A stretch of 64,000 nucleotides of DNA from a bacterium (GCA_965207065.1 OZ242260.1:1728001-1792000); one strand, 5' to 3'. Numbered from the stretch's first letter, positions 48,553 to 59,257 are shown. Notes: generated from the sequence alone by a model not told the origin. Program-made: numbers and translations.

Positions 48553-50778
48553 ATGGACAAGCGACTCGACCCTTACCGATTCGACGTGGGCGCGGCCCGC
48601 GTGGAGCCTGAAACCCCCATCGTGGCGGGGGCGTTCTTCACCCGGAAGATCATCTTCACGGCGGGCAGGTACGGGGTGGACGAGGGCGCGCAGATACTGG
48701 TCTGCAAGCGCCTCTCGAGCGACATGGAGATCCCCCAGTTCGAAGACCCGGCAGCGTCCGGCTACGTGAGCGTCACGTGTTCGAACGAAGATGTGGGCCT
48801 TGCGCTCTCCTACCAGGAACAGGGCTATCTGGACGATTGGCGCTCCGGCGTCGCGGTCCGCGTGGCGAAGGGTTATCTCTGCCAGGACGATGAAGTAACG
48901 CTCGTCCTGGGCGACACCAGCGGCGGCGGCCCCGGCATTCGCGCGCAGACGTTTCCCGAAACGCGCCACACGTTCAAGATCGTGGTGGACACATTCAACC
49001 GCAAGCATTTCTACGAGCTGGCCGAAGACCCGGACATCCGCGTCGTGGGCGGCGCGCCTGAAACCTGGCATCTCGCCTGCCCCCAGACGCCGAAGCAAGG
49101 AGAGTCGTTCTCCGCCATCGTGCGCGGCGTGGACAGCTGGGGGAACCCGGCGGAGGAATTCACCGGCGAGGTAACGGTCAACAAGAGTCTTACGCGGTGG
49201 CGCGAGGAGGATGAGGCCCCAGGTAAAGTGGAATTCACCTCAGGCGACGGCGGCGTGAAGCGCGCCGGCGGCGCGCGGCTGACGGGCGAGGGGCCTTATC
49301 GACTGCGCTTGGAAGACCCGGCGGGGCTGGTCTCTTTAAGTCCGCCGATTCTGCCCAAAGCGCCGGACGATCCCTACTCGCTTTTCTGGGGGGACATCCA
49401 CGGCCAGACGCGCTCCACGGTCGGCACGGGCACGGTGGAGGAATACTTCCGCTTCGCGCGCGACAAGGCGGGTGTGGACGTCGCCGCGTGGCAGGGCAAC
49501 GATTTCAGGGTCCGCAAGGAGGACTGGGCGGAGGTCGTGCGCGAGTGCAAGGCGTTCAACGAGCCGGGCCGCTTCGTCACGCTTCTGGGCTATGAGTGGT
49601 CGGGCACGCGCTCAGGCGGGGGCGATTACAACATCTACTACGCGGGCGACGAAGGAACCATCCACAGGAGTTCCCACGCGGGCGTGGACGACCTATCAGA
49701 CGTCGCCGACGACAGGTTCCCCATCTCGGCCTTGTGGGAGACCTTCAGAGGCCGTGCGGACGTGATGAGCGTCGCCCACGTGGGCGGACGTGCGTGCAAC
49801 CTCGATTTCTTCGACCCCGAATTCGTTCACCTGGCGGAAATCCACTCCCATCACGGCACTTTCGAGTGGTTCGCGGAAGAAGTGCTCGCGCGCGGCTTTA
49901 GGGTCGGCTTCATCGGCGGGAGCGACGATCACACGGGCCGCCAGGGGCTGGTCTACCCCAACCGCCGCTCGAACAACGTCGTCACCTTCGACGTGAAGGG
50001 CGGCTTGATGGGCCTCTATGCCCGTGAACTCACGCGCGAGGCCGTCTGGGAGGCGATGCGCGCGAGGAGGACCTACGCCACGAACGGCGAGCGTATTTTC
50101 TTGAAGACCGCGTGCGGCGAGGCTCTCATGGGCGGGGAGGTCGAGGCGCAAGGCCCGCCCACCATCAAGGTCGAGATCCACGGAACGGCGCCGCTTCTGG
50201 ACGTGGATCTGATACGCGGCGGTGAGACCATCCACCGCCATCCGGTGAACGCAGTCGAAGCCGGTGGCCGCGCGCGGCGAATCCGCGTCCAGTGGAGCGG
50301 GGTGACGCAGAAAAGCGGGCGCGACAAGAAGGTCGAATGGCGCGGCGGCATCGCGCTCGACAAGGGCGCAATGCTCGCACACACGCCCTACGCGCTCGAT
50401 CAGTACGACGACGCGGTCACCCGCGTATCGAACAAGCTGCTCCGCTTCGCCACGGCGACCTCGGGCGACCCCGACGGCGTGCTCATCGACCTGGACGCAC
50501 CCGATGACGCCACGCTCTCTTTCTTCAGCAACGTCAAGAGTTTCACGCTGCCAATCGGTGATATTTCTACAGAGCCGACAATTATCGAAGCCGGCGGCGT
50601 GAACATCCGCGTTTTAGTCTGCGAACTCGCCCCGACCCTCAAAGACTGGAGCGCGCGCTTCCAGTTCACCGACGAAACAGCCTCCCCAAATGCCGTCAAC
50701 CCCTACTGGGTGCGCGTCCTCCAGGTCGACGGCGGCCAGGCCTGGTCGAGTCCGGTGTATGTGAGGTGTAGGAAGTGA
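48553..50778 (+). CDS. DUF3604-type PHP-like metallohydrolase
   Basis: FWGDIHGQT, FVTLLGYEWS, EIHSHHG, GFIGGSDDH.G, R.TYATNG.RI, AWSSPV. Confidence 0.8.
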   Translation: MDKRLDPYRFDVGAARVEPETPIVAGAFFTRKIIFTAGRYGVDEGAQILVCKRLSSDMEIPQFEDPAASGYVSVTCSNEDVGLALSYQEQGYLDDWRSGVAVRVAKGYLCQDDEVTLVLGDTSGGGPGIRAQTFPETRHTFKIVVDTFNRKHFYELAEDPDIRVVGGAPETWHLACPQTPKQGESFSAIVRGVDSWGNPAEEFTGEVTVNKSLTRWREEDEAPGKVEFTSGDGGVKRAGGARLTGEGPYRLRLEDPAGLVSLSPPILPKAPDDPYSLFWGDIHGQTRSTVGTGTVEEYFRFARDKAGVDVAAWQGNDFRVRKEDWAEVVRECKAFNEPGRFVTLLGYEWSGTRSGGGDYNIYYAGDEGTIHRSSHAGVDDLSDVADDRFPISALWETFRGRADVMSVAHVGGRACNLDFFDPEFVHLAEIHSHHGTFEWFAEEVLARGFRVGFIGGSDDHTGRQGLVYPNRRSNNVVTFDVKGGLMGLYARELTREAVWEAMRARRTYATNGERIFLKTACGEALMGGEVEAQGPPTIKVEIHGTAPLLDVDLIRGGETIHRHPVNAVEAGGRARRIRVQWSGVTQKSGRDKKVEWRGGIALDKGAMLAHTPYALDQYDDAVTRVSNKLLRFATATSGDPDGVLIDLDAPDDATLSFFSNVKSFTLPIGDISTEPTIIEAGGVNIRVLVCELAPTLKDWSARFQFTDETASPNAVNPYWVRVLQVDGGQAWSSPVYVRCRK

Positions 50779-50788
50779 GGAGAGTGAG

Positions 50789-52120
50789 GTGAGAGGATTT
50801 TCGAGTAGGCGGATTCCGGCTGTTCTCGTCGTGGCCTTGGTGTTTAGTTTTTGGGCGCAGACGGACGTGGCTCTCGCTCAAGCGGCAACGGAGAAGCTGG
50901 TGGTGAAGGAAGTTCCTCCGGTGAAGGTTGAGAAGAAAGCGGTGAAAGAGATAGTCCAGCCCTTAATTTCCAAGGAAGTGAAAGAAAGTGTCATTAATGA
51001 ACTCAGGCGCGAACTACTGGATCAGCGGGCGGATTACATCGACCGCTGGCTGGCCGTCGTCGCTATCTTCCTTACTTTCTTCGGTATCATCGTCGCTATT
51101 CTCGGTATCATCGGCTTCAGAAGATTCCAGGGCATAGAGAAAGAGGCGCGAGAAAGTACTGGAGCTGCCAAAAAGCATGTCGATGAGGCTAAGAAACTTG
51201 TCGAGGAGATTGTAGAGTTTCGAGACCAAGTAAAAGACATCCGAGATGAGACTGCAGAGACCGCTGCAAATGAACCTGAAAGGGTGAAACAGGTTGCCGA
51301 GGATGTCCGTGAAAATCCGCAAGCACCTCTTACAATTCAGGCTATTGCTGACGCACTTTCACTTCAACAAGTGGAAAAATTTGATGAAGCTGTTGAAAAA
51401 TGGCTAGCTATCGCAAAGGTTGCTGAAGGGCATGACAATGATCTTGCCGCAAGAGCTTGGTTTTCTGTCGGTTATTTGCATAGTCTACAGAAAAAACACG
51501 GAGAAGCGATTGACGCCTATAGTAAGTCGATTGCTCTAAATCCTAACGTGGCCGTAACTTATAACAACCGGGGTGCTGCGAGAAACGAGTTAGGCCTGTA
51601 TGAGGACGCAAGCAATGATTGCAACCAAGCGATCAATATCGACTCAGTCTATGCACCAGCTTACATCAATCGGGGGGTTGCAAAGTCTGCTCTAGGGCAA
51701 TACGAAAGCGCAATTGCAGATTACGACAATGCCATCCATTTGGATTCGAATTTGACTAATGCTTTTAACAACCGCGGTATTGTGATGGGTAAATTAGATC
51801 GTTATGAAGAAGCCATTTCAGATTATGATAAGGCCATTAGCCTAAAGCCAGATAATGCCGAAGCTTACAACAATCGTGGTGTTGCGCAAATGAATTTGAG
51901 TCGGTTCGAAGCAGCTATAACAGATTACCGCGAAGCGCTAAATCTGGGATTTGATAAAACCAAAGCCTATTTTAACTTGGGTGAGGCGCAGGCCAAGTTG
52001 GGTCAAAAAGATGAGGCTAGGAGAGATCTAAAGACGTCTCTCCAACTGGCGCGGGCAGCTGACAATCAGAAAGTCATCAGCCAAGTGGAGTTGGAACTAA
52101 ACAAACTCGATGAGCAATAA
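50789..52120 (+). CDS. Membrane-anchored tetratricopeptide repeat protein
   Basis: Signal-like N-terminus, TM, coiled coil, about six AYNNRG...AI.DY..AI.L.P TPR repeats. Confidence 0.9.
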   Translation: MRGFSSRRIPAVLVVALVFSFWAQTDVALAQAATEKLVVKEVPPVKVEKKAVKEIVQPLISKEVKESVINELRRELLDQRADYIDRWLAVVAIFLTFFGIIVAILGIIGFRRFQGIEKEARESTGAAKKHVDEAKKLVEEIVEFRDQVKDIRDETAETAANEPERVKQVAEDVRENPQAPLTIQAIADALSLQQVEKFDEAVEKWLAIAKVAEGHDNDLAARAWFSVGYLHSLQKKHGEAIDAYSKSIALNPNVAVTYNNRGAARNELGLYEDASNDCNQAINIDSVYAPAYINRGVAKSALGQYESAIADYDNAIHLDSNLTNAFNNRGIVMGKLDRYEEAISDYDKAISLKPDNAEAYNNRGVAQMNLSRFEAAITDYREALNLGFDKTKAYFNLGEAQAKLGQKDEARRDLKTSLQLARAADNQKVISQVELELNKLDEQ

Positions 52121-52229
52121 GACACGCGATTCCTTATAAGAGAAAACGCATCATTAATCCCCCATATTTCCGCGAAGGCAAATCTTCTTTCCTTGAGAAG
52201 CCCGACGTCAAAACGAGTCAAGCAAGAAC

Positions 52230-52411
52230 CACTCCCCCTTGAGGGGGAGTCGATGAGCTAAGGGCGTAGCCCGCAAGCGAGTCGGTGGGGGGTATAATTC
52301 GAATTGTGTCACAATTCAGGACACACCCCCCACCCAGTCAGCCTTCACCTGTCGGTTCGGCTTCCTCGTCGGGCTTTCCCCTCGGAAAGATCGACCCTCA
52401 CGGGGGGAGTG
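52230..52411. repeat. Family A palindromic core
   Basis: CACTCCCCCTTGAGGGGGAGTCG...CGACCCTCACGGGGGGAGTG. Confidence 0.7.
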
Positions 52412-52646
52412 GTTTTAGAAACTGCGTTCTTCGTAGGGACAACCATTCGGGTTGTCCTGCCTCCTGTGGTTGTCGGACAAGTCGCGACCTATCCCTACAG
52501 ACCCCCTCCTCAGTCGAGTTTGACCCAACAACAAAACCCCTTCCGGCTCATACCGGAAGGGGCCGATCCAGTGCTGCGGGATGTTCAGGTGCAAAAACCC
52601 TGTTATGCGGAGGGACGCGCGGGGTCGATTTCCACTCACTAGTCCC

Positions 52647-52892
52647 CTATTTCTTCTTCATGGGCGTTGCCGTTTTTTCCAGGTGCATGTGCGTGTCGCA
52701 GTTCGCGGGACCGCACGAGGTGGGGTAGCAGATTATGCGGCCGTCGAGTTTGCCGCAGGTGATTTTCTCCAGACAGACCTTCGCTTTGTCGCATCCTTTG
52801 TGCTCGTTCTTGACGTCGTGCGCGAATCCTGGGTTCGCGGCGCCGATCGCCATTCCCGTCGCAACCAGTGCGGCGAACAGTATCTTTTTCAT
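52647..52892 (-). CDS. Small secreted cysteine-rich protein
   Basis: AAGGA RBS; signal peptide ending GFA; mature ~57 aa with 6 Cys. Confidence 0.7.
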   Translation of the reverse strand: MKKILFAALVATGMAIGAANPGFAHDVKNEHKGCDKAKVCLEKITCGKLDGRIICYPTSCGPANCDTHMHLEKTATPMKKK

Positions 52893-53406
52893 CGCTGTTT
52901 CCTTTTTCGGCGGCGATGACGTCTGATTGTAGGATTGCTTTGCTGAACGTCCTGCTTGGTTGAATTGATGTATCCCTCCTCATGACGAAATATAGGTCTT
53001 GCGCGGCGAAAGCGCCATATTTTTTTCGGGGGAAAACCGTAAGGCGCCTGACGGTATACGCTGCGAATGACGGATTCATCTATTTCGTAGGGACAGGCCC
53101 CCGTGCCTGTCCTGGTCCTTTCCGCCCCCGAATGGACAACTACGGGGGGTTGTCCCTACGGCCAATCATGCCAGAGTCCGTATATCATCAGGGCGAACAC
53201 ATAGGTTCTCCCCTACGAAACCTTGGCGCATTGATGCCTCCGTAGGGGCGGACCTGTGTGTTCGCCCGCACTTTGTGCTCAAAATTCTTTTCTCTCATCA
53301 TTCGGCAGCCCCTCCCTCCTCGGTCAGGGCTGACCCTTTTGACCTCGCACCCCCCTCTCTGTACACTCCCGCGCGTTTGTTCATGGTTCATTCAGGAGCG
53401 TAATAC

Positions 53407-54462
53407 GTGAAGATAGGCATCATCGGCCCCGCCGCCAGCGGCAAGACGACCCTGTTCAACGCGCTCACGGGCGGCGCGGCCTCCACGGGTGGATATGGCG
53501 CCGCGCGCGTGAACATCGGCGCGGCGGCGGTGGCGGACGCGCGGGTGGACGCCCTGAGCGGGGTCTTCAATCCGAAAAAGACGACATACGCGGGCGTCAA
53601 TTTCGTGGACGCGGGCGTGGGAGACGGGGGCGCTGCGAAGAGCGGCGAGGCCATCCCGCAGGCGCTGGAGGGTGCGGATGCGCTGCTTGTCGTCGTGCGC
53701 GCATTCGAGGACGCGGGCGTTCCCCATCCCAGGGAAAGCATCGACCCCGCGCGCGATCTGGCCGACGTTCGCTTCGACCTGATGCTGCGCGACTTGTCGG
53801 TCGTAGAGCGCCGCATGGAGCGGCTTGCGAAGCTGGTGCGCGTCAAGAAAGACGCGGCGGAAGCAGCGGAGTTCGCCCTGCTGGGCCGAATCCGCGAGGT
53901 GCTCGAAGAGGGCCGACCTGTCCGTTCTTTGGATATGAGTGAGGAGGAAACGCGTATCATTAAAGGGTTCGGGTTTCTCTCCGCCAAGCCGCTCCTGGTT
54001 GTGGTGAACGTCGGCGAGGATCAACTGGGAGAGGCGGACGCGTTCGCCAGACTGAAAGGCGAGACGCCCGTCGCCCTCGCCGCGCGTCTGGAGGAAGAAC
54101 TCGCGCAGTTGCCCGGTGAGGAGCAGGCGGAGTTTCTGGCGGATTACGACCTCGAATCCTCAGCGCTCGACAAGGTGGTTCAGGCGTCGTTCGATCTGCT
54201 CAATCTCAGGTGTTTCTTCACCGTGGGGGAGGATGAGGTGCGCTCCTGGCCGGTCCGCGCGGGCACGGTCGCGCTCCACGCGGCGGGGACGATTCACTCC
54301 GATCTCGAGCGCGGCTTCATTCGCGCGGAGGTGATCTCATATCCCGACTTCATGGCGGCGGGTTCGCTCTCTGCCGCGCGGGACAGGGGAACCTTGAGAC
54401 TGGAAGGCAAGGACTACGTCGTCAAGGACGGCGACATCTTCCACGTGCGCTTCAACGTGTAG
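53407..54462 (+). CDS. ychF: YchF/Obg-like ATPase (DUF933 C-terminus), divergent
   Basis: G....GKTTLFNALT, D.RVD.LS..F.PKKTTYA, LSAKP, FFTVGEDEVRSW, AG.IHSDLERGFIRAEV, EGKDYVVKDGD. Confidence 0.9.
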   Translation: MKIGIIGPAASGKTTLFNALTGGAASTGGYGAARVNIGAAAVADARVDALSGVFNPKKTTYAGVNFVDAGVGDGGAAKSGEAIPQALEGADALLVVVRAFEDAGVPHPRESIDPARDLADVRFDLMLRDLSVVERRMERLAKLVRVKKDAAEAAEFALLGRIREVLEEGRPVRSLDMSEEETRIIKGFGFLSAKPLLVVVNVGEDQLGEADAFARLKGETPVALAARLEEELAQLPGEEQAEFLADYDLESSALDKVVQASFDLLNLRCFFTVGEDEVRSWPVRAGTVALHAAGTIHSDLERGFIRAEVISYPDFMAAGSLSAARDRGTLRLEGKDYVVKDGDIFHVRFNV

Positions 54463-54466
54463 TGTT

Positions 54467-55558
54467 TCAGGCTTGTCCGATAGCGGCGAGTATCCTCTCT
54501 CTCGCCTTCCGGTGCGCCTCACACCCGATAACCTCGAGCATCTCCGCGCGCCAGTTCGGCCGGCAGTAGCTCTCCTTCAATCTGCGAATCCGGTCCGATG
54601 AGGCCGCCTCCTGTTCGGGGGGTAGGTCCCTATCTCTGATGGCCCCTGCGATGGCGTCGCAGGCGCTTTCCTGCGCCTCTTCCGAATGACAGATGAGGGC
54701 GATGTCGGCCCCGGCGAGGATGCTTTGAAGGGCGGCCTCTGCGGCGTCGTCTATCGCGCCCATGTCCAGGTCATCCGTGATCGCGACGCCCCGGAAACCG
54801 AGTTCCCCGCGCAATAGTTCTTGAAGAAAGACGTGAGAGAGGCTCGCGGGCGCGGCTTCGTCTATCAGTTGAAAGTCCGCGTGGGCGACCATGACGCAGG
54901 CGGGCGGTGCGCGGCGGATAAGGTGCCGGAAGGGCATCAGTTCACGCGCCCGAAGGTCTTCGAGCGTGAGGCGGGAGGTCGGCAGTTCGTCGTGGGGGTC
55001 GGGGGTCATGTCGCCGATGCCGGGGAAATGCTTGGCGCAGGCGGCGACGCCTTCCTCCTGAAGGCCGGTGGCAGCGGCCGCGCCCATCAGGCCGACGACT
55101 TCGGCAGTCTCCCCAAAGGCGCGGTCGCCGATGACGGCGCATTCGGGGTTCGTGAGTATGTCCACGGCGGGTGCGAAGTTAAGGTTCACGCCGACCACTT
55201 CGAGTTCCGTCCCCGTGACCTTGGCGGCTTCCCTTGCGAGAGCGGGGTCGCCCGCGTCCCCGAAACCCCGCGCCGCCGGGAAGGTGGTGAAGTCACCAGA
55301 GAGCCTGCTCACGCGCCCGCCCTCCTGATCGATTCCCACGAGCAGGGGCGCTTCGAGCGGGGAGGCGAGTGCGGCAGTTTGCAAGGATGCGATGAGCGAG
55401 GCGGTCTGGCGGGCGGATCCGATGTTCCGCTGGAAGAAGATGACGCCGCCGATTCTGCCCGCGCGGACGCGCTGGATGAGCGAGGGCGGCGCTTCGGTTC
55501 CCTCGAAACCGGCCATGATGTGCTGACCGGCCCGGACTTCGGGCGCCTCTTCGTTCAT
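54467..55558 (-). CDS. nagZ: Beta-N-acetylhexosaminidase (GH3)
   Basis: IDQEGGRVSRL, NFAPAVD, IGDRAFG, KHFPG.G....D.H, ITDDLDMGA. Confidence 0.9.
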   Translation of the reverse strand: MNEEAPEVRAGQHIMAGFEGTEAPPSLIQRVRAGRIGGVIFFQRNIGSARQTASLIASLQTAALASPLEAPLLVGIDQEGGRVSRLSGDFTTFPAARGFGDAGDPALAREAAKVTGTELEVVGVNLNFAPAVDILTNPECAVIGDRAFGETAEVVGLMGAAAATGLQEEGVAACAKHFPGIGDMTPDPHDELPTSRLTLEDLRARELMPFRHLIRRAPPACVMVAHADFQLIDEAAPASLSHVFLQELLRGELGFRGVAITDDLDMGAIDDAAEAALQSILAGADIALICHSEEAQESACDAIAGAIRDRDLPPEQEAASSDRIRRLKESYCRPNWRAEMLEVIGCEAHRKARERILAAIGQA

Positions 55559-55565
55559 GCGCGCC

Positions 55566-56258
55566 CTAGCCCTCGCGCATCCGCGTGATGACGAAAGACT
55601 CCGCTACCGGAAAACCGGCCGCGCGGCCCGCGTCTTCTAATCGGTGGCGCGTGCGTTTCTCGAACGCTTTCGGATTCTTGATCTGGCACTTGTGCGCGCA
55701 TACCGCGCGGACTTTCACGTCGAAGGTCTCCGTTATATCCACGTAGAAGTTGGGTACGCGCGTATTGATAAAGAGGAGGTTGTTCGTGTGGTGCGCGCCG
55801 ATGCCGGCGTAGGTGAGTTCGGGCAGGAAATGGTGATCCCGCGCGTAGACCACCGCCTTGAACGTGGCGTGGCCGATGGCCTGGTGGTCGGGGTGCTGGT
55901 AGTAGGTGCGCCAGGGGTCGTGGGTCAGGATGGTATCTGGCCTGAAGTGGCGGATCAGGAAGGCGATCTGGTTCCTGAACGCGCGCGTGTCCTCGAGTTC
56001 CCCGTCGCGGTGGCGCAGGAAAAGGGTCTCCGCAACGCCCAGTATGCGGGAGGCTTCGAGCTGTTCCGCCTCGCGGATCTTGGCGAGGTCGAAGGGGCTG
56101 ACCTCGTCCTTCGTGCCCTTGTCCCCGTTCGTGCAGACGACCGTGCGAACGGTCGCGCCCTCCCGCGTCCAGCGGGCGATGCTCCCTCCCGAGGATAGTT
56201 CCGCATCGTCGGGGTGGGCGACGACGACGAGTATGTTTCTGAATTCCGTGTGACTCAC
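55566..56258 (-). CDS. PIG-L/LmbE family deacetylase (MshB/BshB-like)
   Basis: AHPDDAE, TNGDKG, R..E...A..ILG, HPDH, H.CQ. Confidence 0.9.
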   Translation of the reverse strand: MSHTEFRNILVVVAHPDDAELSSGGSIARWTREGATVRTVVCTNGDKGTKDEVSPFDLAKIREAEQLEASRILGVAETLFLRHRDGELEDTRAFRNQIAFLIRHFRPDTILTHDPWRTYYQHPDHQAIGHATFKAVVYARDHHFLPELTYAGIGAHHTNNLLFINTRVPNFYVDITETFDVKVRAVCAHKCQIKNPKAFEKRTRHRLEDAGRAAGFPVAESFVITRMREG

Positions 56259-56276
56259 TTGCGTTTCCTTCCGTGT

Positions 56277-57581
56277 CTATGATGCGTGTGGTGAGGTAAG
56301 CGCCGCTCCCTGTCGCAGCCGCGCCCAGATGTCGAGTTCCGCCTCCGCGATCCGCCTCCAGGCGAATAATTCCGCCCATTCAAGCGTCGCGCGATGGGGG
56401 CGCTCAGGAGGGTTTTCGAGCATCGCAATCATCTTCTTTGCGTAGGCTGTTATGTCACCGTCCGCGATGAGATGTCCGCTCACACCCTCGCTTACCGCCT
56501 GGGAGAGGCCGCCCACGTCGAAGGCGAGCGTCGGCGCCCCGCACGCGGCCGCCTCGATAGCCGTCATGCCGAAGCTCTCATAGCGCGAGGGCAGCGCGAA
56601 GATGTCGGCTGCGGAATAATAAAGAGGTAAATCCTCCTGAGGCTTCGCGCCTGAGAAGATCATGGCGTCCGCCACGCCGAGCCCCTGCGCCAATTCTTCC
56701 AGACACGCGACTTCGGCTCCCTGTGCGGGAGAGGCGAAATCTCCTGCGTGATAACTCCTCTCGACTTTTTGCGCGCCCTCTCTTATTTCACCGCCTAAGT
56801 GAAGGAGGCGCGCATCCAGCTCCGGTCGTTCCCGGCGCATGACGGCGAAGGCCTCGACGAGGCGGTCGAGACCCTTCACGCGCTCGATGCGGCCCACGCT
56901 CAGGATGTGTGCGAGGTCAGGCTTCAGGCCCAGCCGCGCGTGCGCCTCGGATTTGGGATGCGGCCGGAAGGTCTCCAGGTCCACACCGCAGGGGACGACG
57001 TGGACTTCCGTCGCGCCCGATATCTCGTCAATCGCGCGCGCCTCGGTGGGCGATGAGGTGAGAACCGCATCCGCCGCTTGTGCGAGCGCAGGCTCTCTCT
57101 CGAGCCGCACGTCTGACTCATGTCTGGTGTCTGCAGGCAGGGCGTCGTTTTTGAGCGCGGCCAGGGTGTGGAAGCGAACCGCGAGGGGAACGCCCCATGC
57201 TCTGGCCAGAATCTCGCCGGCAAGGCCCGAGAGCCAGTAATGCGCGGAAACGCCGTCATAACGCGCTCCGTCATTCTCCGCGAAGGCGAGAATCCCCTCG
57301 GCGAAGGCGTCCGCCCATTCGACTTGCGCGTCCTTGTCGAGTCTTTCCTTTGGTCCCGCCTCGACGCGGATGAGGCGCGCGCCGTCGGCGATTGTGACCT
57401 GGCGCTCGCTTGAGACCGATTCCAGTCGGGTGAAGATATCCGCTCCGACGCCCAGGCTTGCGAGCGCCTTCGCGACCTCGCGGGCGTAGACGTTCATGCC
57501 GCCCGTGAAGTCCCCTCCCAGGGGAGCGAGGGGGTCGGTGTGCATCGAGAGGATCGCGAGACGGGTGGGCTCGGCAATCAT
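56277..57581 (-). CDS. GT4 glycosyltransferase, MshA-like
   Basis: SMHTDPLA.LG...TGGMNVY, HYWLSG, FHTLA.LK, VGRI...KG, PSRYESFGM.AIEA.ACG.P. Confidence 0.88.
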   Translation of the reverse strand: MIAEPTRLAILSMHTDPLAPLGGDFTGGMNVYAREVAKALASLGVGADIFTRLESVSSERQVTIADGARLIRVEAGPKERLDKDAQVEWADAFAEGILAFAENDGARYDGVSAHYWLSGLAGEILARAWGVPLAVRFHTLAALKNDALPADTRHESDVRLEREPALAQAADAVLTSSPTEARAIDEISGATEVHVVPCGVDLETFRPHPKSEAHARLGLKPDLAHILSVGRIERVKGLDRLVEAFAVMRRERPELDARLLHLGGEIREGAQKVERSYHAGDFASPAQGAEVACLEELAQGLGVADAMIFSGAKPQEDLPLYYSAADIFALPSRYESFGMTAIEAAACGAPTLAFDVGGLSQAVSEGVSGHLIADGDITAYAKKMIAMLENPPERPHRATLEWAELFAWRRIAEAELDIWARLRQGAALTSPHAS

Positions 57582-58597
57582 CGCGCGCTCCTCTCGATTC
57601 GCACGCGCATCACGCGTTCATCCTGCGCGCCGTAGCGGTATTTGTAGGCCTCATCGCCCCTCAGCATGTCGAAGGATGCCCGCCCCGCCTGAATCGCCTC
57701 TTCCACGTTGTGGGCGAGCAGCACCAGGCCCGCGCTCAGTTCGTGCTCCACCGGGTCGAAGCCCGAGTTGTATAGATAAATCCTGTCTCCGTAATCGAAC
57801 GATAGGTTGGCTGCGACGGGATGGCCGTCCACGCGCATGACGCTCAGGTCCAGACAGCCGAGCGCGAGCATCGCCCGGGTCACGTCACCGAAGAAGGCTC
57901 TTCTGTCGGCGTTCCAGAAGTCCGCCTTTTCTTGCTGGCTCAGCGCGTGGAGGGTGATGAAGTCTTCGAGATCGGCGGCCAGTGCGTCCGCCGATTCCGT
58001 CCGTTCATACTCCAGCCCCGCCTCCATGTTGGCCTTTCGAATCTTTCGCCTCAAGTCACGCTCGTCCCGGGGAGCGAGCATCCCGGTGTATTCATCCCAC
58101 GAATCGGGAAGCGCGATGACGGGGCAGACTTCTTCCTCGGATATCGAGGCCGCCCCGCCCGTCAACTCCTCTATCGCCGCGACCGTGGGGGAGGTTTCGG
58201 GAATCCCGCGCAGGGAGAGTTCGCGCCAGGCGGGCGCGTCCGCTTCTTCGAGGGCGGCGAGAACCGCCCGCCAGCAGGCCAGGTGCGCTCCGTCGGCGGC
58301 GATGATGTCGAGGTAGTCCGAGAGGTCGTCCCCTCCCGTCAGGCGCAGGCGTCCGCCCTCGCTCAGGACGAAGGGCGCCACGCCGGAGAGTGCGCCGTTC
58401 TCATCGCGCAGGGCGTAGACGCGCAGTTCGCCCGCGCCGAAGTTCCGCCACCACGCGGCGTGCCACGCGGGGTCGTAAAAGGGATGCGCGTGGGCGGAGC
58501 GCGCCATCAGCGCGCGCCACTCGGCTTCCAGGCCTGTGAACGCCTCGGGCGAGGTGAAGGCTTCTAGCTGCAATGAAGAACATGAACTTTGCGACAT
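57578..58597 (-). CDS. GNAT family protein, CelD/BcsL (Acetyltransf_6) type
   Basis: PF..P.W..AWW..F, SDYLDII, LP.SWDEY...L, YLYNSGFD, FDMLRGDE.YK.R.G. Confidence 0.85.
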   Translation of the reverse strand: MSQSSCSSLQLEAFTSPEAFTGLEAEWRALMARSAHAHPFYDPAWHAAWWRNFGAGELRVYALRDENGALSGVAPFVLSEGGRLRLTGGDDLSDYLDIIAADGAHLACWRAVLAALEEADAPAWRELSLRGIPETSPTVAAIEELTGGAASISEEEVCPVIALPDSWDEYTGMLAPRDERDLRRKIRKANMEAGLEYERTESADALAADLEDFITLHALSQQEKADFWNADRRAFFGDVTRAMLALGCLDLSVMRVDGHPVAANLSFDYGDRIYLYNSGFDPVEHELSAGLVLLAHNVEEAIQAGRASFDMLRGDEAYKYRYGAQDERVMRVRIERSAR

Positions 58598-58648
58598 CGG
58601 GATTCCTTCGCATCCATCGCGCCTGTGGGCGCGCGTTGATTTTGTCCG

Positions 58649-59242
58649 CTACGCGAACTCCAGCCCGACAAACGTGGCCGTCGGGTGTCCCTCCAGGGGG
58701 TCCGAAAGGTTCGAGCGGGTGAAGACGAAAAACCGGTTGTGGTAGAGCGTCTGAAACTGGATGAAGCCCGCCTTGTCCACCCCGCGCCTCGAAGCCATGT
58801 TCTTCGCTTCCACGAAAATGAGAGAGCGCGTAAGACCCAGCTTCTCGCCGTATTCGAGCGCGCGCCTGAGCACGGATGGATAGAGATTTTTCCCCCGCCA
58901 GGGCTCCAGCGTGAAGGCGTCGTAGAGGTAGATCTCCTTGGCCTCGGGTTTCACGGCCTTGTCGATTTCCTCCACGCCCACCACGCCGCGCGCGCCCCAG
59001 ATGTAGCTCACCGCCTTGCCGTCTTCCAGCGCGACGAAACACTTCTCGCCCCGCTCGAAGCGCCTCCCCGTCAGGCTCTCGCCCTGCACGTCGGTTATCA
59101 GGTGGCGATTCGGCGACGCCTCGTCGAGGATGATGTGCTCCACCTCGATTCTCGCATCGCTCGGCGGTATTTCGGTGGGATGCGGAAAATCGTACAGACA
59201 AAGCTCCACCGACGTGAGAAATGTCGTTTTCAGGAAATCCAA
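58649..59242 (-). CDS. GNAT family N-acetyltransferase
   Basis: YLYDAFT...WRGKNLY, N.AS.RG..KAGF. Confidence 0.75.
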   Translation of the reverse strand: MDFLKTTFLTSVELCLYDFPHPTEIPPSDARIEVEHIILDEASPNRHLITDVQGESLTGRRFERGEKCFVALEDGKAVSYIWGARGVVGVEEIDKAVKPEAKEIYLYDAFTLEPWRGKNLYPSVLRRALEYGEKLGLTRSLIFVEAKNMASRRGVDKAGFIQFQTLYHNRFFVFTRSNLSDPLEGHPTATFVGLEFA

Positions 59243-59257
59243 CGGGGAATGACTCCT

